Shown: piece by piece, positions 49,849 through 58,707 of the stretch | Layout: each line of letters starts with the position of its first letter | Position numbering within the stretch: the first letter of the stretch is position 1 | IMG/VR virus record: IMGVR_UViG_3300020457_000004 | Span: 73,117 to 137,116 of that record | Origin: a virus | Length of the DNA: 64,000 bases | Reading direction: 5' to 3' (one strand) | Made by a program: the position numbers and the translations under genes | The notes under the pieces: generated by a model | Told to the model about the DNA's origin: nothing | The model's input: only the letters and a program-made list of their open reading frames with translations | Databases searched by the model: none

Positions 49849-51106
49849 AAAAATATGTCAACTCTGGAAACGATTCGTGCCAGTTAGTGTTTCTTCGTTT
49901 ATCATGTTCATCGACAAATGTTTTAAAATCCTTCCTGTGACTATTTAGGCGTTCTCCAGTAAATCTATTTGCGTCAACCCACTTGAGTAATCTTTCAAAT
50001 TTTACAACTTCCGCGTGATTAAACTCTTTGTTATATGACATAAACTGATAACTATCTTCTAATGTTTCTCTCATATCATCATCCATTATAAGACATGATA
50101 GGTGAGGTGGGTTTGTCATAAAAGGTGTATCAATCAATACATCCCCTATATCTTTTAGTTGTACAACATAATATAAGAAGTCTTTAAATCTAGGTATACT
50201 TAATAAACAAAAAGTTGTCATAAAACTTAATGGGATTTTGTGATTAATAACAGTAAGTACATTCTGGTCAAACAAGTCCCAGTTAAGTCCGTGTCTAATC
50301 CACTCTGCTTGTTTTCCAAATGTATCTACACTAGCATACACTTTAGAGTTTGCTGGTAACAAGTTACATGCTTCTGTTACCCTTCTGTTAGATATCGATA
50401 AGTTACTGTTTACATGAAAGTTGATAGACTCTCCACGCAGCCTGTCCATCATATCAAATGTACTTTTATGCAATAGGGGTTCTCCACCAGTTATTCTTAA
50501 AGTGTTAAGATGTTTTCTTGCCTCACTAAACCAATCCCAGAACTTATCTAATAAGGGGTTGTCATCATCCTTATAAAGTTCTTCTGTCCCATTTAATTCA
50601 TATTGACCTCTGTTCTCTGGGTCTGCAAGAGGATACGCGCCTTCTTTTTTTATTTCTTTTAACAAGGTAGAACTTAGAGATGGAGCACAATAAGAACATT
50701 TCATTTGACATGTGTTTGAAAAACTCATTTCCAAGTATTTTGGATACACATATTCATCCCACTTTAAGTTAGCGGTGGTTTCAATGATGTCCTCTTCCAT
50801 CTGTGTGTATATTGGAGTGAGAGTTGTTCTAGGACTTACAGCACCAACATCTTCTGCCTTCCAACAGTAAGAACACTCATTTGGTCTACCGCCTTCCAGC
50901 ATGGTCTTTCTTTGTTGCATCTTGTGAAGAGTATTGTGCATATCTTCATCAAGTTTAAGGTTTTGTTGTGGACAATGAAAACAAGAATGATAATTACCTG
51001 TTCCCAGATGCATCTCTAAATGCCACCACTTTAATACACAGAAACCTTTTCCTATCGCATTGTTTCTTCTTGTAATGTCATCTAGGTATTTAGCGACCTC
51101 GTTCAT
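49829..51106 (-). CDS. Radical SAM protein (family B, divergent)
   Basis: FCVLKW, SCFHCP, CSYCW, CQMKCSYC and TGGEP motifs. Confidence 0.9.
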   Translation of the reverse strand: MNEVAKYLDDITRRNNAIGKGFCVLKWWHLEMHLGTGNYHSCFHCPQQNLKLDEDMHNTLHKMQQRKTMLEGGRPNECSYCWKAEDVGAVSPRTTLTPIYTQMEEDIIETTANLKWDEYVYPKYLEMSFSNTCQMKCSYCAPSLSSTLLKEIKKEGAYPLADPENRGQYELNGTEELYKDDDNPLLDKFWDWFSEARKHLNTLRITGGEPLLHKSTFDMMDRLRGESINFHVNSNLSISNRRVTEACNLLPANSKVYASVDTFGKQAEWIRHGLNWDLFDQNVLTVINHKIPLSFMTTFCLLSIPRFKDFLYYVVQLKDIGDVLIDTPFMTNPPHLSCLIMDDDMRETLEDSYQFMSYNKEFNHAEVVKFERLLKWVDANRFTGERLNSHRKDFKTFVDEHDKRRNTNWHESFPELTYFYELCDG

Positions 51107-51854
51107 TACACCTCAAAACATGAGTAAAGATATTACTCTGATTGCCTAATATCGAAGCAAAGTGTGTGGTATCTTTTGGAAAACAAGAACCACCAAAACC
51201 ATATTCTCCATCTGGGCCTGGCACATCCCAATGTGAGGTTCCAAGGTTTGCATGTTCCTTCAACAACCCCGATACATTTTTATATTCTATGTTTTCTTCT
51301 ACACATACTTTATGAATATAGTTTGCCATAGTTACTTTAGCAGCTAACATCGCGTTTCTAGATAACTTATAAATCGCAGCTGTTTTTGGGGAAACAAATA
51401 TTGTTTTGCGATTAATAAACCAAGTCTCTATTTCTGCTTGTGTATCACCATCAGCACCAATGATAAAAGGTATTGACTTGTCATCTGAATCTTCTTCCCA
51501 ATTTTTTTCTCGCAAAAACTCAGGCCAATGAATCCAACCTTCTTCTAAATTATCTGGGCCTACTGTACTACGAATGACTATTCTTGTTCTATCTGGTACA
51601 TTTTCTATTGCTTCGTGTATAATAGACATATCAAACTCATTACCACTATAAAAATGATCCATTACACTATAGTTCTGTACTAGTGGTGTTGGAACACACA
51701 CAAATGCATAGTCAATTAAATCCCATTCATCTGGTGATATCTTTGCATTGTATTTGGGGTCTACTATTTGTATTCTTGAGATTTCTTTGACACCCCTAAG
51801 TATTCTTTCAGTAGCCTTCCCACAAAATCCGTAACCAATTATTGCGACATTCAT
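51090..51854 (-). CDS. Short UDP-glucose 6-dehydrogenase-like protein (lacks the C-terminal domain)
   Basis: IGYGFCG, FVCVPTP, RSTV, PEFLRE, VPGPDG..GFGGSCFPKDT; 254 aa. Confidence 0.88.
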   Translation of the reverse strand: MNVAIIGYGFCGKATERILRGVKEISRIQIVDPKYNAKISPDEWDLIDYAFVCVPTPLVQNYSVMDHFYSGNEFDMSIIHEAIENVPDRTRIVIRSTVGPDNLEEGWIHWPEFLREKNWEEDSDDKSIPFIIGADGDTQAEIETWFINRKTIFVSPKTAAIYKLSRNAMLAAKVTMANYIHKVCVEENIEYKNVSGLLKEHANLGTSHWDVPGPDGEYGFGGSCFPKDTTHFASILGNQSNIFTHVLRCNERGR

Positions 51855-52444
51855 TCTTTGTACCCCATTGCTGTAAATCTAGTGTAAGTTGAGTTGTTAG
51901 GGCCAGGCAATTCTATTGCTGACTTATAAGTTACATTCGTACATAGGTTCCACTCTAAAAAGTATTCAAGTGATTTAAATGAACGAACATGTTCTGGTAT
52001 ATCAAGGTTATTTCCTTGTACTATATAAAAAGTATCTTTTGGAATATTGTGCCACCAGAAAGAGTAAGAGTGTTGGTGTACATGTTCTGTACTAGTGTTT
52101 ATAACGACATCTGGTTTTCTGGGGTACTGATAGTCTTTCATATCTGCCGTTACATAAGTTAGGTTTGAATTGCGAAAATATATGTCGCCAATTTCTTTAC
52201 ATTGTTCGTCAATGTCGATTGAATATATTTCATTTGCAATTATGTTATCATTAAGCAAATGTGCAAGTACTCCATACCATCCACCAAAAATATAAAAATT
52301 TCCGTGAAGGTCTTGGGGTATATTGTCTATGATTTCTGCTTTAGATTTTAGTTGCGTATCCCAAAAACATTCTGTGAATCGAGGGTTTGATTTTTCTCTA
52401 ACATAATTAAACCATCGTGCTACTGTTTCATGTTCAATGTTCAT
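51851..52444 (-). CDS. Class I SAM-dependent methyltransferase-like protein
   Basis: IFGGWYG, SIDID and DVVINTSTEH motifs. Confidence 0.75.
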   Translation of the reverse strand: MNIEHETVARWFNYVREKSNPRFTECFWDTQLKSKAEIIDNIPQDLHGNFYIFGGWYGVLAHLLNDNIIANEIYSIDIDEQCKEIGDIYFRNSNLTYVTADMKDYQYPRKPDVVINTSTEHVHQHSYSFWWHNIPKDTFYIVQGNNLDIPEHVRSFKSLEYFLEWNLCTNVTYKSAIELPGPNNSTYTRFTAMGYKE

Positions 52445-53012
52445 TTCTTATCTCCAAATTAAAAGGAACAACATTCTTTTTAGGAATGAATTCCTCGTCC
52501 ACTAAATTAATAACATAGATGTACTGGTAATATTCTGCTACAGGGTCAACCTTAAACATATACTTTTTGTTCCATATTATATCTTTCCACCAAGTATCAA
52601 AGTCTTCTTTCCAATCTTGATAATTTGGTGACTTCCTTTTGTTTTGCCATATCGCGTTATAACCAGTTCTATTAACATCAATAGAAGCCCAGAGATGTTT
52701 GTATCCATTCTCCTTCGCCCATTGTATCTGATATCTCGTGAGAGGCATCCCATAAGTAGTTCTTCTAAATTCTTTTAATGTGTGCAATCTACACATTCTT
52801 AATGCGGTGGGGTTGTCCGTATAATGGTCAACCTCGGCCGCTTGACAGGAGGCAAGTTTTCCATCTTCCCATAAAAGATGAAATACTCCATTAAGATTAT
52901 CGGGGTCTAACTTCTCTTCAATGAGAGAGTCATTGTCTTCCGCGAGAGCTTGTTCTCTGAATTTTTCCCAATGTTTTTTATGTTTCTTTTCGTATGGCGT
53001 AATTTTCCACAT
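52434..53012 (-). CDS. GNAT-like acyltransferase
   Basis: RL.TLKEFR...G...I.WAKENGY pattern of GNAT motifs A and B. Confidence 0.5.
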   Translation of the reverse strand: MWKITPYEKKHKKHWEKFREQALAEDNDSLIEEKLDPDNLNGVFHLLWEDGKLASCQAAEVDHYTDNPTALRMCRLHTLKEFRRTTYGMPLTRYQIQWAKENGYKHLWASIDVNRTGYNAIWQNKRKSPNYQDWKEDFDTWWKDIIWNKKYMFKVDPVAEYYQYIYVINLVDEEFIPKKNVVPFNLEIRNEH

Positions 53013-53685
53013 CTTCTTGGCTCTTCAATGTAAATAACAAAGCAATTCTATCTTCACTTCCATTATGTTCAACGGCATGTTTGTAACCGATGTTTATAAA
53101 ATAAGCTGAACCATCTGCTTTTAGGTTATATTCTTCCCTCTGGTTTTTTGGCCAGAAGGCATTTATAACATTGTCCGTACCAGATATGGGTACGACAATT
53201 CTAACCGCATAAGAAGCATCATAATCTATATGAGGTTGTATTTCTTTTCCTTTTGGTAACCAATGTATTCTGGTTCTACAGGACTCCGCCTTAAAGTTTT
53301 CTGTTATGTGTCTATGAATATAACTACCTTTATAATGAGGCATGTCATAGTCCCACATATGTTCATTACCAACTGGTGAAAGTTTATTTGTTCTTTCGTG
53401 TTTGTTTTTATAAACCTCTGTTTTACTTTTTCCTAAATCAAGACTAGGGTTCTTCATTTCTTCCCAGTATTCTGGTCTAAGGTATTGACAAGGGTATTCT
53501 TTAAAATCATTATATTCAAGTCCTCTTATAAAATCCGCGTTAGCGAAATTTGTGATTCCTTCGTTTGATTCGTATACATCACCCCAACCACCTTGGTCTA
53601 ATGAGTCTATATAATGTTTTATTTTGTCAATATCAAATTCAATATCCAGTTTTGCAACTGTGGGTAAATCTCTTTTTCTAAGCAT
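52978..53685 (-). CDS. 2OG-Fe(II) oxygenase, aspartyl/asparaginyl beta-hydroxylase-like
   Basis: R.R...L..G..I.PHIDY (HxD), DG..YFIN.G..H.V.H.G..DR..L motifs. Confidence 0.75.
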   Translation of the reverse strand: MLRKRDLPTVAKLDIEFDIDKIKHYIDSLDQGGWGDVYESNEGITNFANADFIRGLEYNDFKEYPCQYLRPEYWEEMKNPSLDLGKSKTEVYKNKHERTNKLSPVGNEHMWDYDMPHYKGSYIHRHITENFKAESCRTRIHWLPKGKEIQPHIDYDASYAVRIVVPISGTDNVINAFWPKNQREEYNLKADGSAYFINIGYKHAVEHNGSEDRIALLFTLKSQEDVENYAIRKET

Positions 53686-54406
53686 GTTTTAATAACCGAA
53701 TAATTTTTCCACCTATATCCCAAGGATGAAAATTCCAACTCCACGGTTCATCGTGATGTTTCGCGTGAAACCCTTCACCAAATGTAACCATTCCTAACCA
53801 ATAATCACTATGAGGTTTCCCACCTCTATGTGAATGTATGAATACTAATGAACCTATCAACTTAGCAAATCCAGCGGGAGCTAACCATGCGTATATTACT
53901 GTTTCAATACCACCAATTGTAAATAAAGTAAATCCCCATAAGCACAATAACTGCCAATAATATCGATGTTGTTTCTTGCATAAATCATTCCTTAACAAAT
54001 CTTTCTTTACATACTGCATTTTAGGTAAAGACATCACTTGAGAGTAGTAACAACGAATGAATCCTTGATACTCTGGAGAGTGAGGGTCTTTATCTGTATC
54101 CGCGTGTACATGATGTTCCCTATGTTGAGCAACCCATGCTAGTGCTGGGCCAACCATCATAATGTGGGCAAAAAACATCATGACATATTCTAACCATTTT
54201 GAACATTTGAAACTATAATGACTCCAGTATCTATGATATCCCATTGTGATACCAAAGGTCATAATTCCAAAGTACATAAATGCACAAATCGCCCAAGTCA
54301 CAGGTGTACCAATGAAAAACATGGGTATAACTGAAAGTTGAGCAATAGTCTGACCAACTAATAAACTAATTGGTGTCGGTCTCATAAGTCTTCCTAAGAT
54401 ATTCAT
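53678..54406 (-). CDS. Membrane fatty acid desaturase (delta-9/DesC/OLE1-like)
   Basis: Three His boxes HRYWSH, HREHH and HAKHH, plus D.DPHSP, GEG.H and TM segments. Confidence 0.92.
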   Translation of the reverse strand: MNILGRLMRPTPISLLVGQTIAQLSVIPMFFIGTPVTWAICAFMYFGIMTFGITMGYHRYWSHYSFKCSKWLEYVMMFFAHIMMVGPALAWVAQHREHHVHADTDKDPHSPEYQGFIRCYYSQVMSLPKMQYVKKDLLRNDLCKKQHRYYWQLLCLWGFTLFTIGGIETVIYAWLAPAGFAKLIGSLVFIHSHRGGKPHSDYWLGMVTFGEGFHAKHHDEPWSWNFHPWDIGGKIIRLLKHA

Positions 54407-54412
54407 GTTAAC

Positions 54413-54494
54413 TATTTATATCGCTCTGCAAAGCGCCTATTATAAATAGTCGCATAGTAGGGTATACTATACCACAAGTGAGAGAGGAAGTCAA
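54413..54494. promoter_or_regulatory. Divergent control region: minus-strand late TATAAATA (54413-54420), plus-strand late TATAAATA (54441-54448), minus-strand sigma70-like TTGACT-17-TATAGT (54466-54494)
   Basis: Motifs read directly from the sequence; the sigma70-like -10 has an extended TG. Confidence 0.75.
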
Positions 54495-54547
54495 GCGAAT
54501 TCCTTAGTTTGGTAATGGTTTGTTAAACATTCCAATAGAGGAGAAAA

Positions 54548-55675
54548 ATGAAATTTAGGAAGCAGATATGTCTTATTTTTGGCATGCTGTTGATAGCAGG
54601 GCCAGCTCTGGCTAATAACACAACTAGTACTGTTAACACAACTACGAATAGCACAGTTAACAGCACTACGAATAACACCAACACTAACAACAACACCAAT
54701 AATAATACTACAACTACAACTGGTACTCAAACGAATACCAATAATAACACCAATGTGAACACCACAACTTATACTGGCACAAATACTAATACCAATAATA
54801 ATAACAATGTGAACACCACAACTTATACTGGCACGAGTACGAACACGAATAATAATAACAACAATACGACTTATACTGGAACTAGCACCAACACCAATAT
54901 TAACACCAATAATAATACTATCAATAGCACTAGTAACAATACTAATGTAAACACCAATAACAGTAATGTTACTTCTAATAGTACGGTGACTCAAAACAAC
55001 ACGAATAATAATACTAGTAATGTTACTTCAAACAGCACAAGTAATAACACAAGTAACATTACTAATAATACTACGACCAGTAACACCAATAACAATACTA
55101 ACAATAATGTTAATACTAGTACAAGCACGAGTGACTCAAATGTTACATCAAATAACAAGAATGAAAACATTAATGTAAATCACTCAGACCAGAAAATAAA
55201 ACAAGAAATTAAGTCGCCGCCCCCGAGCGCTATTGCGCCGGCAATAGGTGGGTCTTATTCACAAGACTTATGTACCACAGGTGTCGGTGGAGCGGTACAA
55301 ACTCAAGTATTTGGTATTAGTGCTGGTAAAACAGTACGAGATGAAAACTGCGAAAGGATTAAATTAAGCCGCGGTTTATACGACATGGGGATGAAGGTAG
55401 CTGCTGTATCTTTGATGTGCCAAGATGCTCGCGTGTTCAATGCGATGCTAATGGCCGGCACGCCCTGCCCATATAGAGGTAAGATAGGTGATGAGGCATT
55501 AAATGCATGGAAGATGCATCCTGCTGTAGCACCTAAAGATTCTCTCATTGAGGAACAAGAAGTCGCTGGATGGTATAGAGATAAACAAGGAAGAAAAGTA
55601 GAATATAATGTCTACAAGAAGGATGACTTCTGTCAGTTAAATCCCGATGAAGAGGTGTGTACAATTGACGAATAA
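54548..55675 (+). CDS. Exported protein with a long Asn/Thr low-complexity repeat region and a Cys-rich C-terminal domain
   Basis: Signal peptide ending ALA, about 190 residues almost entirely N/T/S, then PPPSAIAP...C..G..GAVQTQ.FGIS.G....D.NCER.KL...GMKVAAV..MCQD.RV..AM..AGTPCP. Confidence 0.85.
   Translation: MKFRKQICLIFGMLLIAGPALANNTTSTVNTTTNSTVNSTTNNTNTNNNTNNNTTTTTGTQTNTNNNTNVNTTTYTGTNTNTNNNNNVNTTTYTGTSTNTNNNNNNTTYTGTSTNTNINTNNNTINSTSNNTNVNTNNSNVTSNSTVTQNNTNNNTSNVTSNSTSNNTSNITNNTTTSNTNNNTNNNVNTSTSTSDSNVTSNNKNENINVNHSDQKIKQEIKSPPPSAIAPAIGGSYSQDLCTTGVGGAVQTQVFGISAGKTVRDENCERIKLSRGLYDMGMKVAAVSLMCQDARVFNAMLMAGTPCPYRGKIGDEALNAWKMHPAVAPKDSLIEEQEVAGWYRDKQGRKVEYNVYKKDDFCQLNPDEEVCTIDE
54752..54882 (+). 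repeat. Coding tandem repeat (54-nt period, NVNTTTYTGT unit)
   Basis: 29-nt exact copies aatgtgaacaccacaacttatactggcac at 54752 and 54806; degenerate third copy near 54866. Confidence 0.8.
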
Positions 55676-55686
55676 GGATATCCACT

Positions 55687-56160
55687 ATGGAACCAGTATC
55701 AACCGCATTGGCGGGAATTGCTTTGGTGCAACAAAGTGTTGAGTTTATTAAAAAGAATATTAATACCGCTCAAGACATAAGTCAAATTTTTGATATGGTT
55801 GACAATGCTTTAAATGGTCAACAACAGATAAACAAAGAAAGGTGGGGAAATAAAAGCATGATGGGTCAAACCAAAAGTGCCGCCCATGCTGTTATTGACG
55901 CGAAGTTGGCTAACGAACAAATTGAAGAGATGAAAAACCTCATTGATATGAGATTTGGATTTGGAACTTGGCAAGAAATACTAAAACTAAGAGCGGATAG
56001 GATAAGAGAAGAAGCAGAAGAAGATAAACGACTGCGACAAGAGAAAAGGAAACGGAGAGCAGATTTAATAGAAACTATGCAAATTATAGGTATCGCTGGA
56101 GGAGGCGTACTTGCAGTTTTCTTAATCTGTTTTACAATATTATCAATATGGGTAAGATAA
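55687..56160 (+). CDS. Hypothetical membrane-anchored coiled-coil protein
   Basis: C-terminal TM segment; MEPVSTALAGIALV N-terminus. Confidence 0.75.
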   Translation: MEPVSTALAGIALVQQSVEFIKKNINTAQDISQIFDMVDNALNGQQQINKERWGNKSMMGQTKSAAHAVIDAKLANEQIEEMKNLIDMRFGFGTWQEILKLRADRIREEAEEDKRLRQEKRKRRADLIETMQIIGIAGGGVLAVFLICFTILSIWVR

Positions 56161-58256
56161 AAACATTATTATTTGGATTACTATTGTGTCTGGCAGCTCC
56201 AGCTGCTGGACAATATACTGCGCCTCCTTCAGATGCGACTTCTCATACTATATGTGATGACTGTTACGCGAATGTACCACTAGGACATACATTTCCTTTC
56301 TATGGAGAGAATTATACTAACTCTTGGATGATGGCAAATGGTGTTGTCATGTTTAGAAATCCAACTACCTTTAATTTTCAAAGTTGGCCAGACAAGGGTT
56401 GGTGTTGTAACGGATTAGAAGTTGCAAACATAGCAGCAAACAAACAAGACAAGTTTAGTTATGCAATAGCACCTTTCTGGACAGACCTAATACAAAAAGA
56501 TGGTGATGGGGGATTCTATTCTAAGACTAGTGCCGATGGAACAAAATACTGGTGGGTGAGAATAGAAGAATATAATAAGAACCACGAGAACACATTTAGT
56601 TTAGAGATACTTCCATCTGGCGATTACGCGATGGAGTACGGCGATTTATTAATTAAGAATCATAGTGTATTCATAGGTGTAATGGGTGATATATCAGAAG
56701 ATGAGTATGTACAACACGAATATTTTGCAAATCAACAAGCTAACTACATCTATGGTACAGCGGCAGGAAATGCTGGGACTAAATCATATCAAAGTGAAGG
56801 TTTAGCTTGTGCATATGACCCATTATCTAGTCAAGACTGTGATGGTTATGCAGCCGCGTTCCTAGCACAACAATGTGAGAGTGATTCTTTCTATTCTACT
56901 GAGTGTGATGGGTATCAAGATGCTTACGATGACTTACAATGCGACCTAGACCCATTGTATGATGACGGATGTGACGGTTACTATGAAGCATTTGTAGAAA
57001 ACCAACTAGAAGAAATGACGGAAGAAGAGGAGTGGATGACAGATGAAGACGAAGAAGCAATGTACGGATACATCGAAGACGAAGAATATACAGGAATCGA
57101 TGAAGAAGACGAGTTCTTCACAGGACTTCCAGAAGAGTTCTTTATGGAGGACGAAGGGCTCGACCTTTTTACCTCATCCAATCTTGAACCAATACTTATC
57201 ACAGAGGACTTTCTCTCCGCACCCCTTGCTGAGTCACCAGAACTCACAGTCCTTGAAGACCTTCAAGCCGATATCGTGGAGGAAATTGAGGTAAATGTGG
57301 AGGAGGTTGAAGAGTATCTTGAAGAACTGTTTGAAGAAGAAGAGTTTTTAGATGAGATTATAGAAGAGGAATTGATTGAAGAGTTGTTTGAAGAGATTTT
57401 AGAAGAAGATATCGTAGAAGAAACCGATGAATTATTGTTAGAAGAAGATATTTTGGAGGAAGAGACCACCGAAACTACATCTGAACCAAAAACTTCACCT
57501 CTCGCAACAAGAATAGCAATGGCACAGACAAAAAATGCATTAAAAATTAGTGCAAACGCGGTTTCAATGAGTCAAGAGTCATCCCAGAGTAACCAAGGTA
57601 GTCAATCACAAGAAAATAGTCAAAGTCAATCGGGAAAATCAATCGGCGCTGCTGATTCTGGCCCTGGCCAAGTTTCAGAAACTATCGAAACTGCTCAAAA
57701 TGAACAACAAAGTGCTTTTACCTCATCACAAAACAATGTAAGCATGATGAATCAACAATTTTTTAGTGCAGATACGCAAATTTTCTCTAATATGAGTGGA
57801 ATTACAGTAGAAACACTAGAACAAAATGCAGAAATCAACGAAATGTCAGTAGAAACACAGTCGGAACAAATGCAAATGGAGATAGAAAATAATTTAATCT
57901 CTACAGGGAACCCAATCGTGGGTGTAACAATCATACCAGTAGAGACAATGACGGTACAACCAGAGCAAGAGGCGCCACGAAAATCTCTTGCCGAGGTTAT
58001 TTCAGAACAAGTGGCACAACAAAAAATGGAAAATTCCAACAAAGTTGCTTCTGGACAGACAAAAGCAATCGCTTCACTTCAGAGTTCGGTAGATTTAGGT
58101 TCATATTACGAGTCAAATTTAACAGATGGAGACTTTTATAATGTCAATTACATTGTTTATGAAAATAAACTTGACGATAACGCGAGATTAATATACAATT
58201 TGTCTAAAAGTAATCACGGAACAATCCGAAAAATGATTAGGAGTCAATACGAATGA
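56148..58256 (+). CDS. Exported multidomain protein (NIDO-like domain, Cys repeats, acidic tract)
   Basis: Signal peptide; LGHTFPFYG..Y...M.NG.V.F and IAPFWTDL motifs; three CxxDxxxxxxCDGY repeats; Glu-rich stretch. Confidence 0.8.
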   Translation: MGKIKTLLFGLLLCLAAPAAGQYTAPPSDATSHTICDDCYANVPLGHTFPFYGENYTNSWMMANGVVMFRNPTTFNFQSWPDKGWCCNGLEVANIAANKQDKFSYAIAPFWTDLIQKDGDGGFYSKTSADGTKYWWVRIEEYNKNHENTFSLEILPSGDYAMEYGDLLIKNHSVFIGVMGDISEDEYVQHEYFANQQANYIYGTAAGNAGTKSYQSEGLACAYDPLSSQDCDGYAAAFLAQQCESDSFYSTECDGYQDAYDDLQCDLDPLYDDGCDGYYEAFVENQLEEMTEEEEWMTDEDEEAMYGYIEDEEYTGIDEEDEFFTGLPEEFFMEDEGLDLFTSSNLEPILITEDFLSAPLAESPELTVLEDLQADIVEEIEVNVEEVEEYLEELFEEEEFLDEIIEEELIEELFEEILEEDIVEETDELLLEEDILEEETTETTSEPKTSPLATRIAMAQTKNALKISANAVSMSQESSQSNQGSQSQENSQSQSGKSIGAADSGPGQVSETIETAQNEQQSAFTSSQNNVSMMNQQFFSADTQIFSNMSGITVETLEQNAEINEMSVETQSEQMQMEIENNLISTGNPIVGVTIIPVETMTVQPEQEAPRKSLAEVISEQVAQQKMENSNKVASGQTKAIASLQSSVDLGSYYESNLTDGDFYNVNYIVYENKLDDNARLIYNLSKSNHGTIRKMIRSQYE

Positions 58257-58690
58257 GTACAGAAATAGAAATCGGTGGAGTAACAATCAAAGGTGGGCGA
58301 GTATTTGTAATTCTTTCCGCACTTGGAGCGCTAATAGGGGGACTATATGGTGCGTTTGAGGTGTATAAGACATATGAAGACATGCAAGAAGCAATAACTA
58401 CCTACGAAGCACCAGATTTGTCGGGTATAGAAGAGAGAATATCAATCCTAGAGGAAAGAATTGAGTCTCAGAACACTACTCTAGCAGCTCAAGAGTCCAT
58501 AACAAGTCTATCCAGAGAGTCTATAAATAGAATAGACGGCGATATGCAATCGCTGTTTTCGGATGTGCGAGCTTCCGATAAGAGACTATACGAACTTGAA
58601 AGAGATACTAGTAAGGAACTTATTGAGATTAGAAAATCTATACGAGAACAAATCGAAGAGGCGCTTGCAAATCCACTTGCTGAACAATAA
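58253..58690 (+). CDS. Membrane-anchored coiled-coil hypothetical protein
   Basis: EIEIGGV..KGG, TM segment, coiled coil, C-terminal ALANPL. Confidence 0.75.
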   Translation: MSTEIEIGGVTIKGGRVFVILSALGALIGGLYGAFEVYKTYEDMQEAITTYEAPDLSGIEERISILEERIESQNTTLAAQESITSLSRESINRIDGDMQSLFSDVRASDKRLYELERDTSKELIEIRKSIREQIEEALANPLAEQ

Positions 58691-58707
58691 TTAAAATGGA
58701 GAAGTGA

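Noticed and set aside
39846-51106. Radical SAM genes as a 7-deazaguanine (QueE) DNA modification pathway or NrdG/MoaA
   Set aside because: No folE, queC, queD or dpdA in the window, and the domain architecture differs; DNA modification of another kind is not excluded
54449-54547. Possible riboswitch in the leader of the N/T-rich gene
   Set aside because: Only short hairpins; no aptamer consensus recognised; the sequence is largely explained by the opposite-strand sigma70-like promoter
54740-54900. Regularly spaced 29-nt direct repeats that might suggest a CRISPR array
   Set aside because: Only two exact copies, in frame within a coding N/T repeat; the spacers are themselves low-complexity; no cas operon
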